This document shows, piece after piece, positions 43,314 to 55,579 of a stretch of DNA of 64,000 nucleotides. A program made the position numbers and the translations under genes. The notes under the pieces are model-generated. The model ran no database searches and was not told the origin of the DNA. It saw nothing but the letters and a program-made list of their open reading frames with translations. Each line of letters begins with the position of its first letter. Within the stretch, counting starts at the first letter, position 1. The stretch covers positions 1,568,001 through 1,632,000 of the forward strand of contig CBDCMT010000001.1 of assembly GCA_965219095.1 (NCBI GenBank). The letters run 5' to 3'. The stretch comes from Bdellovibrionales bacterium. GTDB lineage: Bacteria > Bdellovibrionota > Bdellovibrionia > Bdellovibrionales > UBA1609.

Positions 43314-44822
43314 ATGAAAAATCATAACTTGCGAGTTTTTTTATCTCAACAACCTTTAGACAAAGAAAAACAATTGGCCTACAAGTTAGCAGAGCTTAGT
43401 TGTGAGAAATCTCCCTTGGATAAGAAAGCTCAAGAAATGGTAATTAATAGAATCATTGATAACGCTTCCGTAGCTTTAGCTTCTTTGAATAGATCACCTG
43501 TACGAACAGCTCGTCTGCAAGCTCTTGCACATCCCCATCCTAATGGAGCTAGTCTTTTTGGCCTTCCTTCTTCTCAAAGGTTCTGTGCTGAGTGGGTCGC
43601 TTGGGCTAACGGTACAGCTGTAAGAGAACTTGACTATCATGATACTTTTTTAGCCGCCGATTACTCTCATCCTGGAGATAACATTCCTCCTCTTTTAGCT
43701 GCAGCTCAACAAAAGCATTGTAAAGGAAAGGATCTTCTACGTGCTATACTAACGGCTTATGAGATTCACATTAATTTGGTAAAGAGCATTTGTCTTCATA
43801 AACACAAGGTAGACCATATGGCCCATCTTTGTCCTTCCACAGTAGCAGGTCTTGGAACTTTATTGAATCTGTCTGTAGATGAAACTTACCAAGCAATACA
43901 ACAAGCCGTTCATACATCCATAACCAGCCGTCAATCGAGAAAAGGAGAAATATCTAGCTGGAAAGCTTTTGTTCCGGGTTATTCTGGGAAGTTAGCCATT
44001 GAGGCTGTTGATCGTGCTATGAGATCAGAAAAATCTCCTTCGCCTATTTACGAAGGAGAGGATAGTGTTGTAGCTTGGTTTTTGGATGGGAAAGAAGCTT
44101 CTTATGAAGTATCTCTTCCTGAAAGAGGGGAACCTTTCTGTGCTATCTTAGAATCTTATACAAAGGAACATTCTGCTGAATACCAATCACAAGCTCTAAT
44201 TGATTTGGCTTTTGAAGTAAGAGAAGACATTGAAGATTTTGAAAAAATTAAAAAGATTATAATCCACACAAGCCACCACACTCATTTTGTCATTGGCACA
44301 GGCTCTGGAGATCCTCAAAAATTTGACCCCTTTGCTACAAGAGAAACCCTAGACCACAGTATCATGTACATTTTTGCTGTAGCTTTACAAGACGGAGTTT
44401 GGGATCATGTAAAAAGTTATTTGCCTAAGAGGGCTCAAAGAGATGATACTATAAGGCTTTGGAAAAAAATCCAAACAGTTGAAGACCCTTATTGGACCCG
44501 ACGTTATCACTCCCTCAATCCTAAAGAAAAAGCTTTTGGAGCTAAAGTAGAAATTATCTTTAATAATGGGTCTTCTTATAAAAAAGAGCTGGCTTTAGCT
44601 CATGCTCACCCTTTCGGAAAAAAACCTTTTCAAAGACAGGATTATATAAGAAAATTTGATCAACTCACCTGCGATGTTATTGATAAAAAAGAAAGGGATA
44701 GATTTTTAAATTTAGTTCAAAACTTAGAAAATTTAACAGAAAAAGAAGTTCTGAACTTAAACATTTGTCTTCCTTTAGAAAAAATTCAAAGTAACAAAAG
44801 AGATGAGAGAGGAATTTTTTAA
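43314..44822 (+). CDS. prpD: 2-methylcitrate dehydratase (MmgE/PrpD family)
   Basis: RELDYHDTFLAADYSHPGDNI, GEISSWK, ETLDHSIMY. Confidence 0.93.
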   Translation: MKNHNLRVFLSQQPLDKEKQLAYKLAELSCEKSPLDKKAQEMVINRIIDNASVALASLNRSPVRTARLQALAHPHPNGASLFGLPSSQRFCAEWVAWANGTAVRELDYHDTFLAADYSHPGDNIPPLLAAAQQKHCKGKDLLRAILTAYEIHINLVKSICLHKHKVDHMAHLCPSTVAGLGTLLNLSVDETYQAIQQAVHTSITSRQSRKGEISSWKAFVPGYSGKLAIEAVDRAMRSEKSPSPIYEGEDSVVAWFLDGKEASYEVSLPERGEPFCAILESYTKEHSAEYQSQALIDLAFEVREDIEDFEKIKKIIIHTSHHTHFVIGTGSGDPQKFDPFATRETLDHSIMYIFAVALQDGVWDHVKSYLPKRAQRDDTIRLWKKIQTVEDPYWTRRYHSLNPKEKAFGAKVEIIFNNGSSYKKELALAHAHPFGKKPFQRQDYIRKFDQLTCDVIDKKERDRFLNLVQNLENLTEKEVLNLNICLPLEKIQSNKRDERGIF

Positions 44823-44824
44823 AA

Positions 44825-45721
44825 ATGTTATTTTCATCTAAAAGTCCTTACGAAAAAAGAGCTCAGTTGAAAAAAAATCTCAGAAATAATAAGCTTTTAA
44901 GATTTCCAGGAGCTTTTTCCCCCCTTGTAGCTATGATGATTGAAAAGTTAGGTTTTGACGGTGTTTATGTTTCAGGAGCCGTTTTGTCAAATGATCTAGG
45001 TTATCCTGATATTGGCTTGACTACTTTATCGGAGGTAAGCTCCAGAGGTTCTCAAATGGCTCGAGTCACTTCACTTCCTACTCTTATAGATATTGACACA
45101 GGTTTTGGAGAAACTATTAACGTGGCTCGTACAGTACAAACTCTTATTGAACAGGGCCTTTGTGGGTGCCATCTAGAGGATCAAGTCAATCCCAAACGTT
45201 GTGGACATTTGGATCACAAAGTTTTAGTGGATACCTCTTGTATGGTACAAAAAATTAAATCCGCAAGGCAGGCTAAAACTGATCCTAATTTTCTTGTAAT
45301 AGCTCGTACAGATGCTCGTCAGATGGAAGGTTTTGAAAAGGCTGTTAAAAGAGCTAAAAGTTATAGAGATGCAGGAGCGGATATGATCTTTCCTGAGTCC
45401 CTAAAGTCAAAAGAAGAATTTGCAGCCTTTAAGAAAGCTCTAGGCGATACCCCACTTATGGCTAACATGACAGAATTCGGCCACTCTCCCCTTCTTTCAG
45501 CCAAAGAACTTGAAGATCTTGGTTATCATCTGGTAATTTATCCTGTGACAACTTTAAGACTTGCTATGAAATCTGTAAAAAATGGTCTTAAAGAGTTAAA
45601 AGAAAAGGGAACTCAGAAGAATATGTTAGACAAAATGCAGGAGAGAAAAGAACTTTATGAACTTTTGGAATATGAAATGTACAATACATTTGATAAAGAT
45701 ATTTATAACTTTAAGCTATAA
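44825..45721 (+). CDS. prpB: 2-methylisocitrate lyase
   Basis: DIDTGFG, EDQVNPKRCGH, ANMTEFG. Confidence 0.95.
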   Translation: MLFSSKSPYEKRAQLKKNLRNNKLLRFPGAFSPLVAMMIEKLGFDGVYVSGAVLSNDLGYPDIGLTTLSEVSSRGSQMARVTSLPTLIDIDTGFGETINVARTVQTLIEQGLCGCHLEDQVNPKRCGHLDHKVLVDTSCMVQKIKSARQAKTDPNFLVIARTDARQMEGFEKAVKRAKSYRDAGADMIFPESLKSKEEFAAFKKALGDTPLMANMTEFGHSPLLSAKELEDLGYHLVIYPVTTLRLAMKSVKNGLKELKEKGTQKNMLDKMQERKELYELLEYEMYNTFDKDIYNFKL

Positions 45722-45735
45722 GAAAGGAGACAATA

Positions 45736-46869
45736 ATGGCTGAGCAAATGAATGTAAAAAAAGGTCTAGAGGGCATTGTTATAGATGAGACAAGAATTGC
45801 GAAAGTGATTCCAGAAAGCAATTCTTTAGTGTACCGTGGTTATACGGTACAGGATTTAGCTAAGACATGTCAGTTTGAAGAGGTAGCTTACTTACTTTGG
45901 TATGAAGAACTTCCCACAGAAAATCAACTAAATTCTTTCTGTAAAAAAGAAAGCTCTTTAAGATCTCTTACAAAAGAAGCTAAAGAAGTGATCATGTCTT
46001 TAAGTAAAAAATCTCATGCTATGGATGTGGTTCGTACAGGTATTAGTTTTATTGGAGCTAATGATGAAAGAACTTTGGAAACCTCAAGAACGATCAATTT
46101 AGAAAAAGCTATCAATTTATTAGCAAAAATTCCCACCATAATTGCTCTTGACTACAGAAGAAAAAAATCTTTACCTGTGCTGGAACCTAAAGAAGATTTA
46201 AATTTGTCAGAAAACTTTTTTCATATGTGTTTTGGAGAAGTTCCTGAAAAGGAAGTAGTCAAAGCTTTTGATGTGTCTTTGATATTATATGCAGAACACA
46301 GTTTCAATGCTTCTACATTTACAACAAGAGTGATTTCATCGACTCTTTCTGATCTTTACAGTGCTGTTTGTGGTGGCGTAGGAGCTTTGAAAGGGCCTCT
46401 TCATGGAGGAGCTAATGAACAAGTCATGTACATGTTAGAGAAGATTAAAGACCCTTCACAAGCTCGTGAATGGATGCTTCAAGCCCTTAGGGAAAAAAAG
46501 AAAGTCATGGGTTTTGGACATCGTGTTTATAAAAAGGGTGATTCACGAGTTCCTACTATGAAAAAATACTTAGAAAAACTAAGCGAGATCAGAGGAGAGA
46601 AAAAGTGGCTTGAGATCTCTAATGAATTAGAAAAGACTATGATTGAGCAGAAAAACATTTACCCTAATTTGGATTTTCCTGCAGGACCGGCTTATTATTT
46701 AATGGGTTTTGAGATTGAGATGTTCACTCCTGTTTTTGTTATGAGCCGTATTATAGGATGGTGTGCCCATATTATGGAGCAAATTGATAACAATCGTATT
46801 ATAAGGCCTTTAAGTTCTTACACAGGACCCTCAGAAAGAAAAATAATCCCTAGGGAAAAAAGATCTTAA
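45736..46869 (+). CDS. prpC: 2-methylcitrate synthase
   Basis: YAEHSFNASTF, GPLHGGANE, MGFGHRVY, PNLDFP; in operon with prpD and prpB. Confidence 0.92.
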   Translation: MAEQMNVKKGLEGIVIDETRIAKVIPESNSLVYRGYTVQDLAKTCQFEEVAYLLWYEELPTENQLNSFCKKESSLRSLTKEAKEVIMSLSKKSHAMDVVRTGISFIGANDERTLETSRTINLEKAINLLAKIPTIIALDYRRKKSLPVLEPKEDLNLSENFFHMCFGEVPEKEVVKAFDVSLILYAEHSFNASTFTTRVISSTLSDLYSAVCGGVGALKGPLHGGANEQVMYMLEKIKDPSQAREWMLQALREKKKVMGFGHRVYKKGDSRVPTMKKYLEKLSEIRGEKKWLEISNELEKTMIEQKNIYPNLDFPAGPAYYLMGFEIEMFTPVFVMSRIIGWCAHIMEQIDNNRIIRPLSSYTGPSERKIIPREKRS

Positions 46870-47104
46870 TTTTTTATTGATCTTATATTAGGAAATTAAG
46901 AAGCAAGGGTTTTGTAAATTTTATAAATTGATTGTTTTTCTTGTAAGAACATTCTTTCCTATGTTATATTTATTTTGTTTTAAATAAGTCCTCCTATGAA
47001 GGAAGATATGAAAGTTTAACTCTTTCTTAAAAGTGAAGGTGTTTTAAGAAGTGCTGAAAAAATCATACGGAGATATAATAAGGTTAACTGAAGAAGGTGT
47101 AAAA

Positions 47105-47677
47105 ATGAAGAATCCTATAAAAAAAAATATTTCATTGGCTTTGATTTGTCTTTTATCTTTTATTTATTTTTTTGTTTCAAGAGCATCAGACTTTGAAGAT
47201 CAAAAAGATGAAAAGACACACAAACCTATGCTGTACTTTCATGAATCACTTCAAGTAAAGCATAAAAACAGTCAAACTTTTTATATATTTTATATGACAG
47301 AAGAAAGTAATTCTTCTCAAAAAAAGGACTTACAGTCCAGAGGTTTTCTTGTCAAATGTCATCCTTCCCCTCAACAAAATCTTCAAGGACAAAAGCACAA
47401 TTTATGCAAAACTTTATTGAGTTACACTGATATTAATCAGGAGGGATATAATTCTTTCAAAAAAGCTTTAAATTTACTTTCAGAGATCTTAGAGAACTCC
47501 TATCAAAGAGCTTCCAAAACAGATGATTTAACTTTTATGGATTATGTTTTAGATAGGCTTTCTTTAGTTGATACGCCATTTAAATCAGATCAATTAGAGA
47601 TTGTCATTGATCAAACATATGAAATCTATTTCACACAAAGTATAAAAATAAAAGAAGAATTTGAAACTCTCTTTTAG
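47105..47677 (+). CDS. Hypothetical exported protein
   Basis: Signal-like N-terminus MKNPIKKNISLALICLL. Confidence 0.55.
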   Translation: MKNPIKKNISLALICLLSFIYFFVSRASDFEDQKDEKTHKPMLYFHESLQVKHKNSQTFYIFYMTEESNSSQKKDLQSRGFLVKCHPSPQQNLQGQKHNLCKTLLSYTDINQEGYNSFKKALNLLSEILENSYQRASKTDDLTFMDYVLDRLSLVDTPFKSDQLEIVIDQTYEIYFTQSIKIKEEFETLF

Positions 47678-47878
47678 AATTTTTAAAAGTTATATTAGGA
47701 ATCTAAATTCGAGATAAGTTTTACTCATTACACAGAAAACTGACATCACAATAGCTGAAAGGAATAGTTTTCTCGATATTTACTTGTAATAGTCAGTTTG
47801 TATTGTCTTCATTTATACAAATTTAGTTTGCAAGCTCCACAATTTAGCTTAACAACGTCTTTTCTATTTCTATAGAGT

Positions 47879-48559
47879 TTATTTGTTCTGACCTGTAAAA
47901 TGAAACCCCGGAGAACATGATAAGTCATCGATATGTTCATAAAGATCAGGATTAATATGATTCCCTAAATTATCTAAAATAAAAATAATTCCTTCCCTTC
48001 TAGCCAGCTTTGCAGCAGAAACAAAATCTGCATCTCCTGAGATTAGCACAATACGCTCGACTTGCTTTTTCAGGGCCAAAGAAGCAATATCTACACCAAT
48101 TTTAATATCTGCTCCTTTTTGAACTGAATCATAAGTCACATCTTTCTCCTCTAAATCATTCACTGTTATATGTTTTGAAAGAAGGGCCTTGTTTTTTTTT
48201 GATGAAATTTTCCAGTTCTTTCGGTTTTGAAGGTGTCCTATCCTTAAAGCTACTTTTTTTTTCTTCTTAAGTTCTTCAAAAAAAGACTTTCTAAATATAG
48301 CTTCTGGATGTTGTGTAAAATCAATCACTTTGTTGGTGATAGGATGTAAGACGTTGATACTTAAAGGTGCACAATCGTAATAGAAAACACGATAAAGATA
48401 GTCAATTTCTCCTCCTCTATTACTTTCATGTTCTAAATGGGACTCACAGATTTTATAAAGAAAATCAGCCACTATTTTAGGGCTGTTGGTTTTTTCGTTA
48501 TAACGAAAATACCTCTTAAGAAAAAATCCACCATCAACTAATACAGCTGTTCTAACCAT
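47879..48559 (-). CDS. NYN-domain (LabA/DUF88, PIN-fold) nuclease
   Basis: AVLVDGGF, YRVFYYD, QKGADIKIGVD, LISGDADF, ARREG motifs. Confidence 0.9.
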   Translation of the reverse strand: MVRTAVLVDGGFFLKRYFRYNEKTNSPKIVADFLYKICESHLEHESNRGGEIDYLYRVFYYDCAPLSINVLHPITNKVIDFTQHPEAIFRKSFFEELKKKKKVALRIGHLQNRKNWKISSKKNKALLSKHITVNDLEEKDVTYDSVQKGADIKIGVDIASLALKKQVERIVLISGDADFVSAAKLARREGIIFILDNLGNHINPDLYEHIDDLSCSPGFHFTGQNK

Positions 48560-48586
48560 ATCTTGATCATAACATAAAAAGAATAT

Positions 48587-48646
48587 AAAAAAACCCCTTG
48601 GGCTTGGAGGACACTGTATATAAATATGCCACCTGCCCAAGAGAAC
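48587..48646 (-). ncRNA. Putative structured leader RNA ending in a terminator-like U7 run upstream of the NYN gene
   Basis: UCUCUUGGGC pairs with GCCCAAGGGG; inner GG-U-GGCAU / GUGUC-CU-CC helix; followed by U7. Confidence 0.55.
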
Positions 48647-49329
48647 TATTACTTTACTTATGAATCAAAAAGAAGTAAAAGTCAACTCCAAGACTTTCAT
48701 CTGTACGAAAAACAAGGAAAAAAAGAACAATGAGTTCTATTCAATATGAAATTTTTATTCATTTCATATCGTGAAATAATTACAATTTTATCAGTTCCTA
48801 GAATCAATTTGCCAGTGCAAACGGAGAATGGCAAGCTTAGGAAAAAGAGTAGCCACCTAAGGAATTTATGACAATCTCAGTTTTGATAATAAAGGGGGCT
48901 CGCACAAATTATAGGGGGGAGGAAATCTATAAAGCTCATCTTATTATCAAGGAAGGCTTTGAAAAGCCTGGTCATCCATATGAGTATGTCAAGAAAAAAC
49001 ACTTCTCCATTTACAAAAAATATAAAAAATTTTTTTTGCATACGGTCACGATATTCTAATCACCTAAAAGAAAACTTCCTGCATTTCCTTTTTATTTTTA
49101 ATGACTCTTCCTTCACACATTTTAAAGAAAACATATTCCTATCATGCATCTATCTGAACCTTTTTTAGTTTTAAATCATGAATTTCTTCCAGGGATTTTA
49201 AACCTTAGGTTATAGTAAATTTCAGGAATAGAGGATGTGCTATTTGATAGAATGAATTTTTTATAAATATCGGTAAATAGAAAAACCAGTAACCTGCTTT
49301 TTCTATTTACCGATAGCAGCAAGAATTTT

Positions 49330-49590
49330 CAAATCATAGGAGCTTCAGGTGTGAAAGATTCCTTGTGAACCTTGTTCAAGTTATCTTAAAGATAAGTTAG
49401 TAAAAATCGTATTGATCTTTTAAAGAAACATCTTCCAAAGGTGTCCGACTTAAAGATGCTAACTAATAAAAGCTTAAAAAAAATTAAATTTGAAATTAAC
49501 AAAAAACCATGGAATGTCTTGACTGGAGAACACTCTATGAAGTTATGATAGAAAAAATTCTTACACTAGATGGTATGCAGTTGGGGTTCA
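49330..49590 (+). pseudogene. IS30-like transposase 3' remnant
   Basis: Fragments LLKKHLPK.SDL...INKKP and CLDWRTLYEV resemble the IS30 C-terminus. Confidence 0.55.
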
Positions 49591-49881
49591 TTTCTTTAGA
49601 TCAATTAAAAAATATAAGCCAAAACAAAAATTAAATTGTAATAAAGATATAGAACTAAGGGAAAAAAAATTCTTGAAAAAGTCTTTGAGCTATCATAAAA
49701 GAAGTGTGGAATCTCTGATTAAGATGATGGCTCTTAACAAAAGACAGCTTGAGGTATACTGGAAATCCAAGCTATTGTGAGATGGAACCTCTTCTAAAGA
49801 AGAGGGGTTTTGTAAAATAATTTTAAATTTATGCAATAAGGCCTTTTTTTACTTTAATATCAATAAGTTTTTTGCTATATA

Positions 49882-49953
49882 TAGTGAATACGCTTAGATT
49901 TTCCTGTCGATTTCTCTAGAGAAAAAAACCTGAAAATCTAAATGAAAGCACTA
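49882..49953. mobile_element. Degenerate ~70-bp MITE with IS630-B ends
   Basis: TAGTG...GCACTA with TA flanks; alignable with 51110-51179. Confidence 0.75.
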
Positions 49954-49969
49954 TAGATTAGAGGAAAGT

Positions 49970-50587
49970 ATGGGACGTGCAAGAATAGAGACGTTTTATG
50001 ATAAAATAGGACCCATTTATAAATGGCTTCATTATAACTTCTTTTTTAAAAAATGTTTTAAAACGGCTATTGATTTATGTCATCTTGATGAAAACACTCG
50101 TGTGTTAGAGGTAGGTGTTGGTACAGGTCATTCTTTCCAATATTACCCTAAAAACTGTTCTGTTACAGGAATTGATATCTCACAAGCTATGTTAAAACAA
50201 GCTCAAAGAAATATTCGCGAAAAAAAAATTAAGAATATAAATTTAAAAAAGATGAATGCCACACAAATAGATTTTCCTGATCACTCCTTTGATTATGTTA
50301 TGGCTTTTATGGTTTTGAGTGCCACAAAAAATCCAGTGAAAGTTTTAAAAGAAATGAAGAGAGTTTGTAAATTGGGAGGAAAAATTGTATTTGGAAACCA
50401 TTTTTTAAGCCATAATAAGTGGATCTCTTTTGGAGAAAAAACATTTCGATCCTTTTTTTATTGGTTTGGCTTTGATCTAGCTTTAGATCTTGAAATGTTA
50501 ATAAAAAAAGCTCATCTCCATACTTTAAAGAAAAAAACTGTTCATAAATTTTGGACTGTTATTTTAGTAGAAAACAAAAAGATATAA
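49970..50587 (+). CDS. Class I SAM-dependent methyltransferase, PmtA-like
   Basis: VLEVGVGTG, GIDIS..ML, FPDHSFDYV, EMKRVCKLGG..NHF. Confidence 0.75.
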   Translation: MGRARIETFYDKIGPIYKWLHYNFFFKKCFKTAIDLCHLDENTRVLEVGVGTGHSFQYYPKNCSVTGIDISQAMLKQAQRNIREKKIKNINLKKMNATQIDFPDHSFDYVMAFMVLSATKNPVKVLKEMKRVCKLGGKIVFGNHFLSHNKWISFGEKTFRSFFYWFGFDLALDLEMLIKKAHLHTLKKKTVHKFWTVILVENKKI

Positions 50588-50611
50588 GAGTTTCTGTAAT
50601 ACAAACTGCTT

Positions 50612-50944
50612 ATGTATGATACAGAAAAATGGGTATCAAAAAAATACAGAAGCCATGACTTACAAAGACTTTGTAAACGTTTACTCAAATATCGAGATGA
50701 AATTTATACTTTCATTAAGTCTGGAGTAGACCCCACTAACAATTATGGAGAGAGGGAAATTAGGCCTGCTGTACTTATGAGAAAAATTTCTTATTGCAAT
50801 CGCTCAGAACAGGGAGCCCATAACCAAGAGGTTATGATGAGTGTCGCTCGAACGGCCAAAAAACAGAATCTATCCTTCGTTGACATGGCTCTACTGAATA
50901 CCTCTCTAAACATTAAAATCACTAGAATTTAAGTGAACAGTTAC
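50612..50944 (+). mobile_element. 3' fragment of a second IS66-family element
   Basis: DPTNNYGEREIRPAVLMRK; end GTGAACAGTTAC. Confidence 0.82.
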
Positions 50945-51109
50945 CTTAATTCTGGTCGCAAAAAAATGGCAGAACTTCTTTTGTCACACAAAGCTGATGC
51001 GAATAATGAACCAGCACAAAATGCACTTACGAAAGCAATAGAAAGTGGGGATTTAAGTTTTGCAAGAGTTCTTAATAAAAATGGTGCTAATTTAGGAAGT
51101 AGACTTATA
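50945..51109 (+). pseudogene. Ankyrin-repeat gene fragment
   Basis: + frame reads SGRKKMAELLLSHKADAN...ALTKAIESGDLSFARVLNKNGAN. Confidence 0.6.
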
Positions 51110-51179
51110 TAGTGCTTCCGCTTAGGTTTTCCGGTCGATTCTTTAGAGAAAAAACATGAAAACCTAAACGGAAGCACTA
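51110..51179. mobile_element. 70-bp MITE with IS630-B TIRs
   Basis: TA-TAGTGCTTCCGCTTAGGTTTT...AAAACCTAAACGGAAGCACTA-TA. Confidence 0.88.
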
Positions 51180-51571
51180 TATTTCATCAGATCTTTTTAA
51201 ACTTCTTTTAAAGAAGGGAGTTAAGCTTATTACAAATGTCAAATTAAATATGGAGAACAAATTGATTCCCTTATTTGACAAGTTGATGTTGAAAAAACGT
51301 TCTGTTGTGGAGGTCAGTGATTGGAGTGTTAAAAGGAGAGTTTCATCTTGAGCATTCTCGCCATCGTAGCCCACAAAACTTTGTCATCAATCTTTTAGGT
51401 ACTCTCATCTCTTACTTGCTTAAAACCTAAAAAACCCTCCATTCAACTTAAAACTCAAAACAGGAGCTTCTGAACAATATATAAAAGTCGAAACTCGGGT
51501 TAATAGAGTTTGATCAAAAAGCCAGGATGCCATGCGTTAAAAAAATGTCGAATTAATTTTTGGAAATGGTA
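51180..51571. mobile_element. IS982 3' fragment (to 51500) followed by IS630-A left end
   Basis: Matches 7625-7950 and 24434-24499. Confidence 0.85.
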
Positions 51572-51672
51572 TTAAAACAACTTACAGAATGGATCAATTA
51601 TGCAAGAAGGATAGAAGGACTTGTAATTTTCGATAAAGTATAAAGACTTATTGCATAAACTTTCAAAAAAAG

Positions 51673-51748
51673 ATGACAAGCCTTTTTCTTTCATTTAATC
51701 TGGCTCAAGTATTTTTAAGTGGGAATTTTCCTGCTATGTTCTTTGACA
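51673..51748 (+). promoter_or_regulatory. Putative sigma70 promoter and boxA-like antitermination site for the 23S-5S unit
   Basis: ATGACA-17 bp-TAATCT (51673-51701) and TGTTCTTTGACA (51737-51748). Confidence 0.55.
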
Positions 51749-51829
51749 ATTGAATAGAATAAAAAGGTATACAAGTTCAGTTCATTCTTAGTTGAATGAT
51801 CTTAAAGAATTAGAATATGAAAACATAAG

Positions 51830-54828
<2,999 letters not shown>

Positions 54829-54979
54829 CATTAAAGTTTTCATAAAAATCTTTTTCTTAATAAAAAGATCAGGAGACTAAGAATGAATTGAACTTGTTAA
54901 AAAAAGATATCTTAGAGCTAAGATATCTTTTTAAAAGAGTTTTTAAATTTTTTATTCTATTCGTAATAAAGTTAGTTTT

Positions 54980-55095
54980 GCTGGTGTTGAAAGCGACAGG
55001 GGTACACTTGATTCCATTCCGAACTCAAAAGTTAAGTCTGTCAGCGACGATGGTACTGCAGGGGCGATCCTGTGGGAGAGTAGTGCGATGCCAGC
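54980..55095 (+). rRNA. rrf: 5S ribosomal RNA (ends approximate)
   Basis: GCTGG...CCATTCCGAAC...GATGGTACT...GGGAGAGTAG...CCAGC. Confidence 0.95.
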
Positions 55096-55571
55096 TTTTT
55101 TTTATTTTTTCCTTTTTGTCTTAAATTTTTGTTCAAATAACCTAGACTAGAAAGGCTACAGTAACTGTCTGTAGATAAAATCAAATGATCGATAAAATGA
55201 ATCCCCATAAGTTTAGCTCCTTCTTGAATTCTAATCGTTACCTCAATATCTTCTAATGAAGGTTTGAGGCAAGAAGAAGGATGGTTATGAGCTACTAGAA
55301 AACAAGAAGCATTTTTCTCTATGACTGTTCGGAAAAGGTCTCTGGGATGAAAAAAACAGCTATCAACAGTGCCTTTAAAAAGCTTCTTAAGTCCTAAAAC
55401 ATGGTGAGAAGGGCCTAGGGCTATAACCCAGAACTCTTCTACTAGAGAGGAGATATAAGGTTTTAAGAGCAAAAAAGCTGTACTACTTGAAGAACAAATC
55501 ACAGGTTTTTTTCTCACATTTACTTTAAGCTTTGTTTGTATATCTCTATTTTTTATATTTTGAAAGTTCAT
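55041..55571 (-). CDS. RadC-like JAB domain protein
   Basis: EEFWV, GTVD...HPRD, AHNHPS..PS.ED, DHLI. Confidence 0.85.
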   Translation of the reverse strand: MNFQNIKNRDIQTKLKVNVRKKPVICSSSSTAFLLLKPYISSLVEEFWVIALGPSHHVLGLKKLFKGTVDSCFFHPRDLFRTVIEKNASCFLVAHNHPSSCLKPSLEDIEVTIRIQEGAKLMGIHFIDHLILSTDSYCSLSSLGYLNKNLRQKGKNKKKLASHYSPTGSPLQYHRR

Positions 55572-55579
55572 ACTTTCAA

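Noticed and set aside
48560..48640. 27-aa N-terminal extension of the NYN ORF
   Set aside because: It translates the leader hairpin; the domain begins at MVRTAVLVDG
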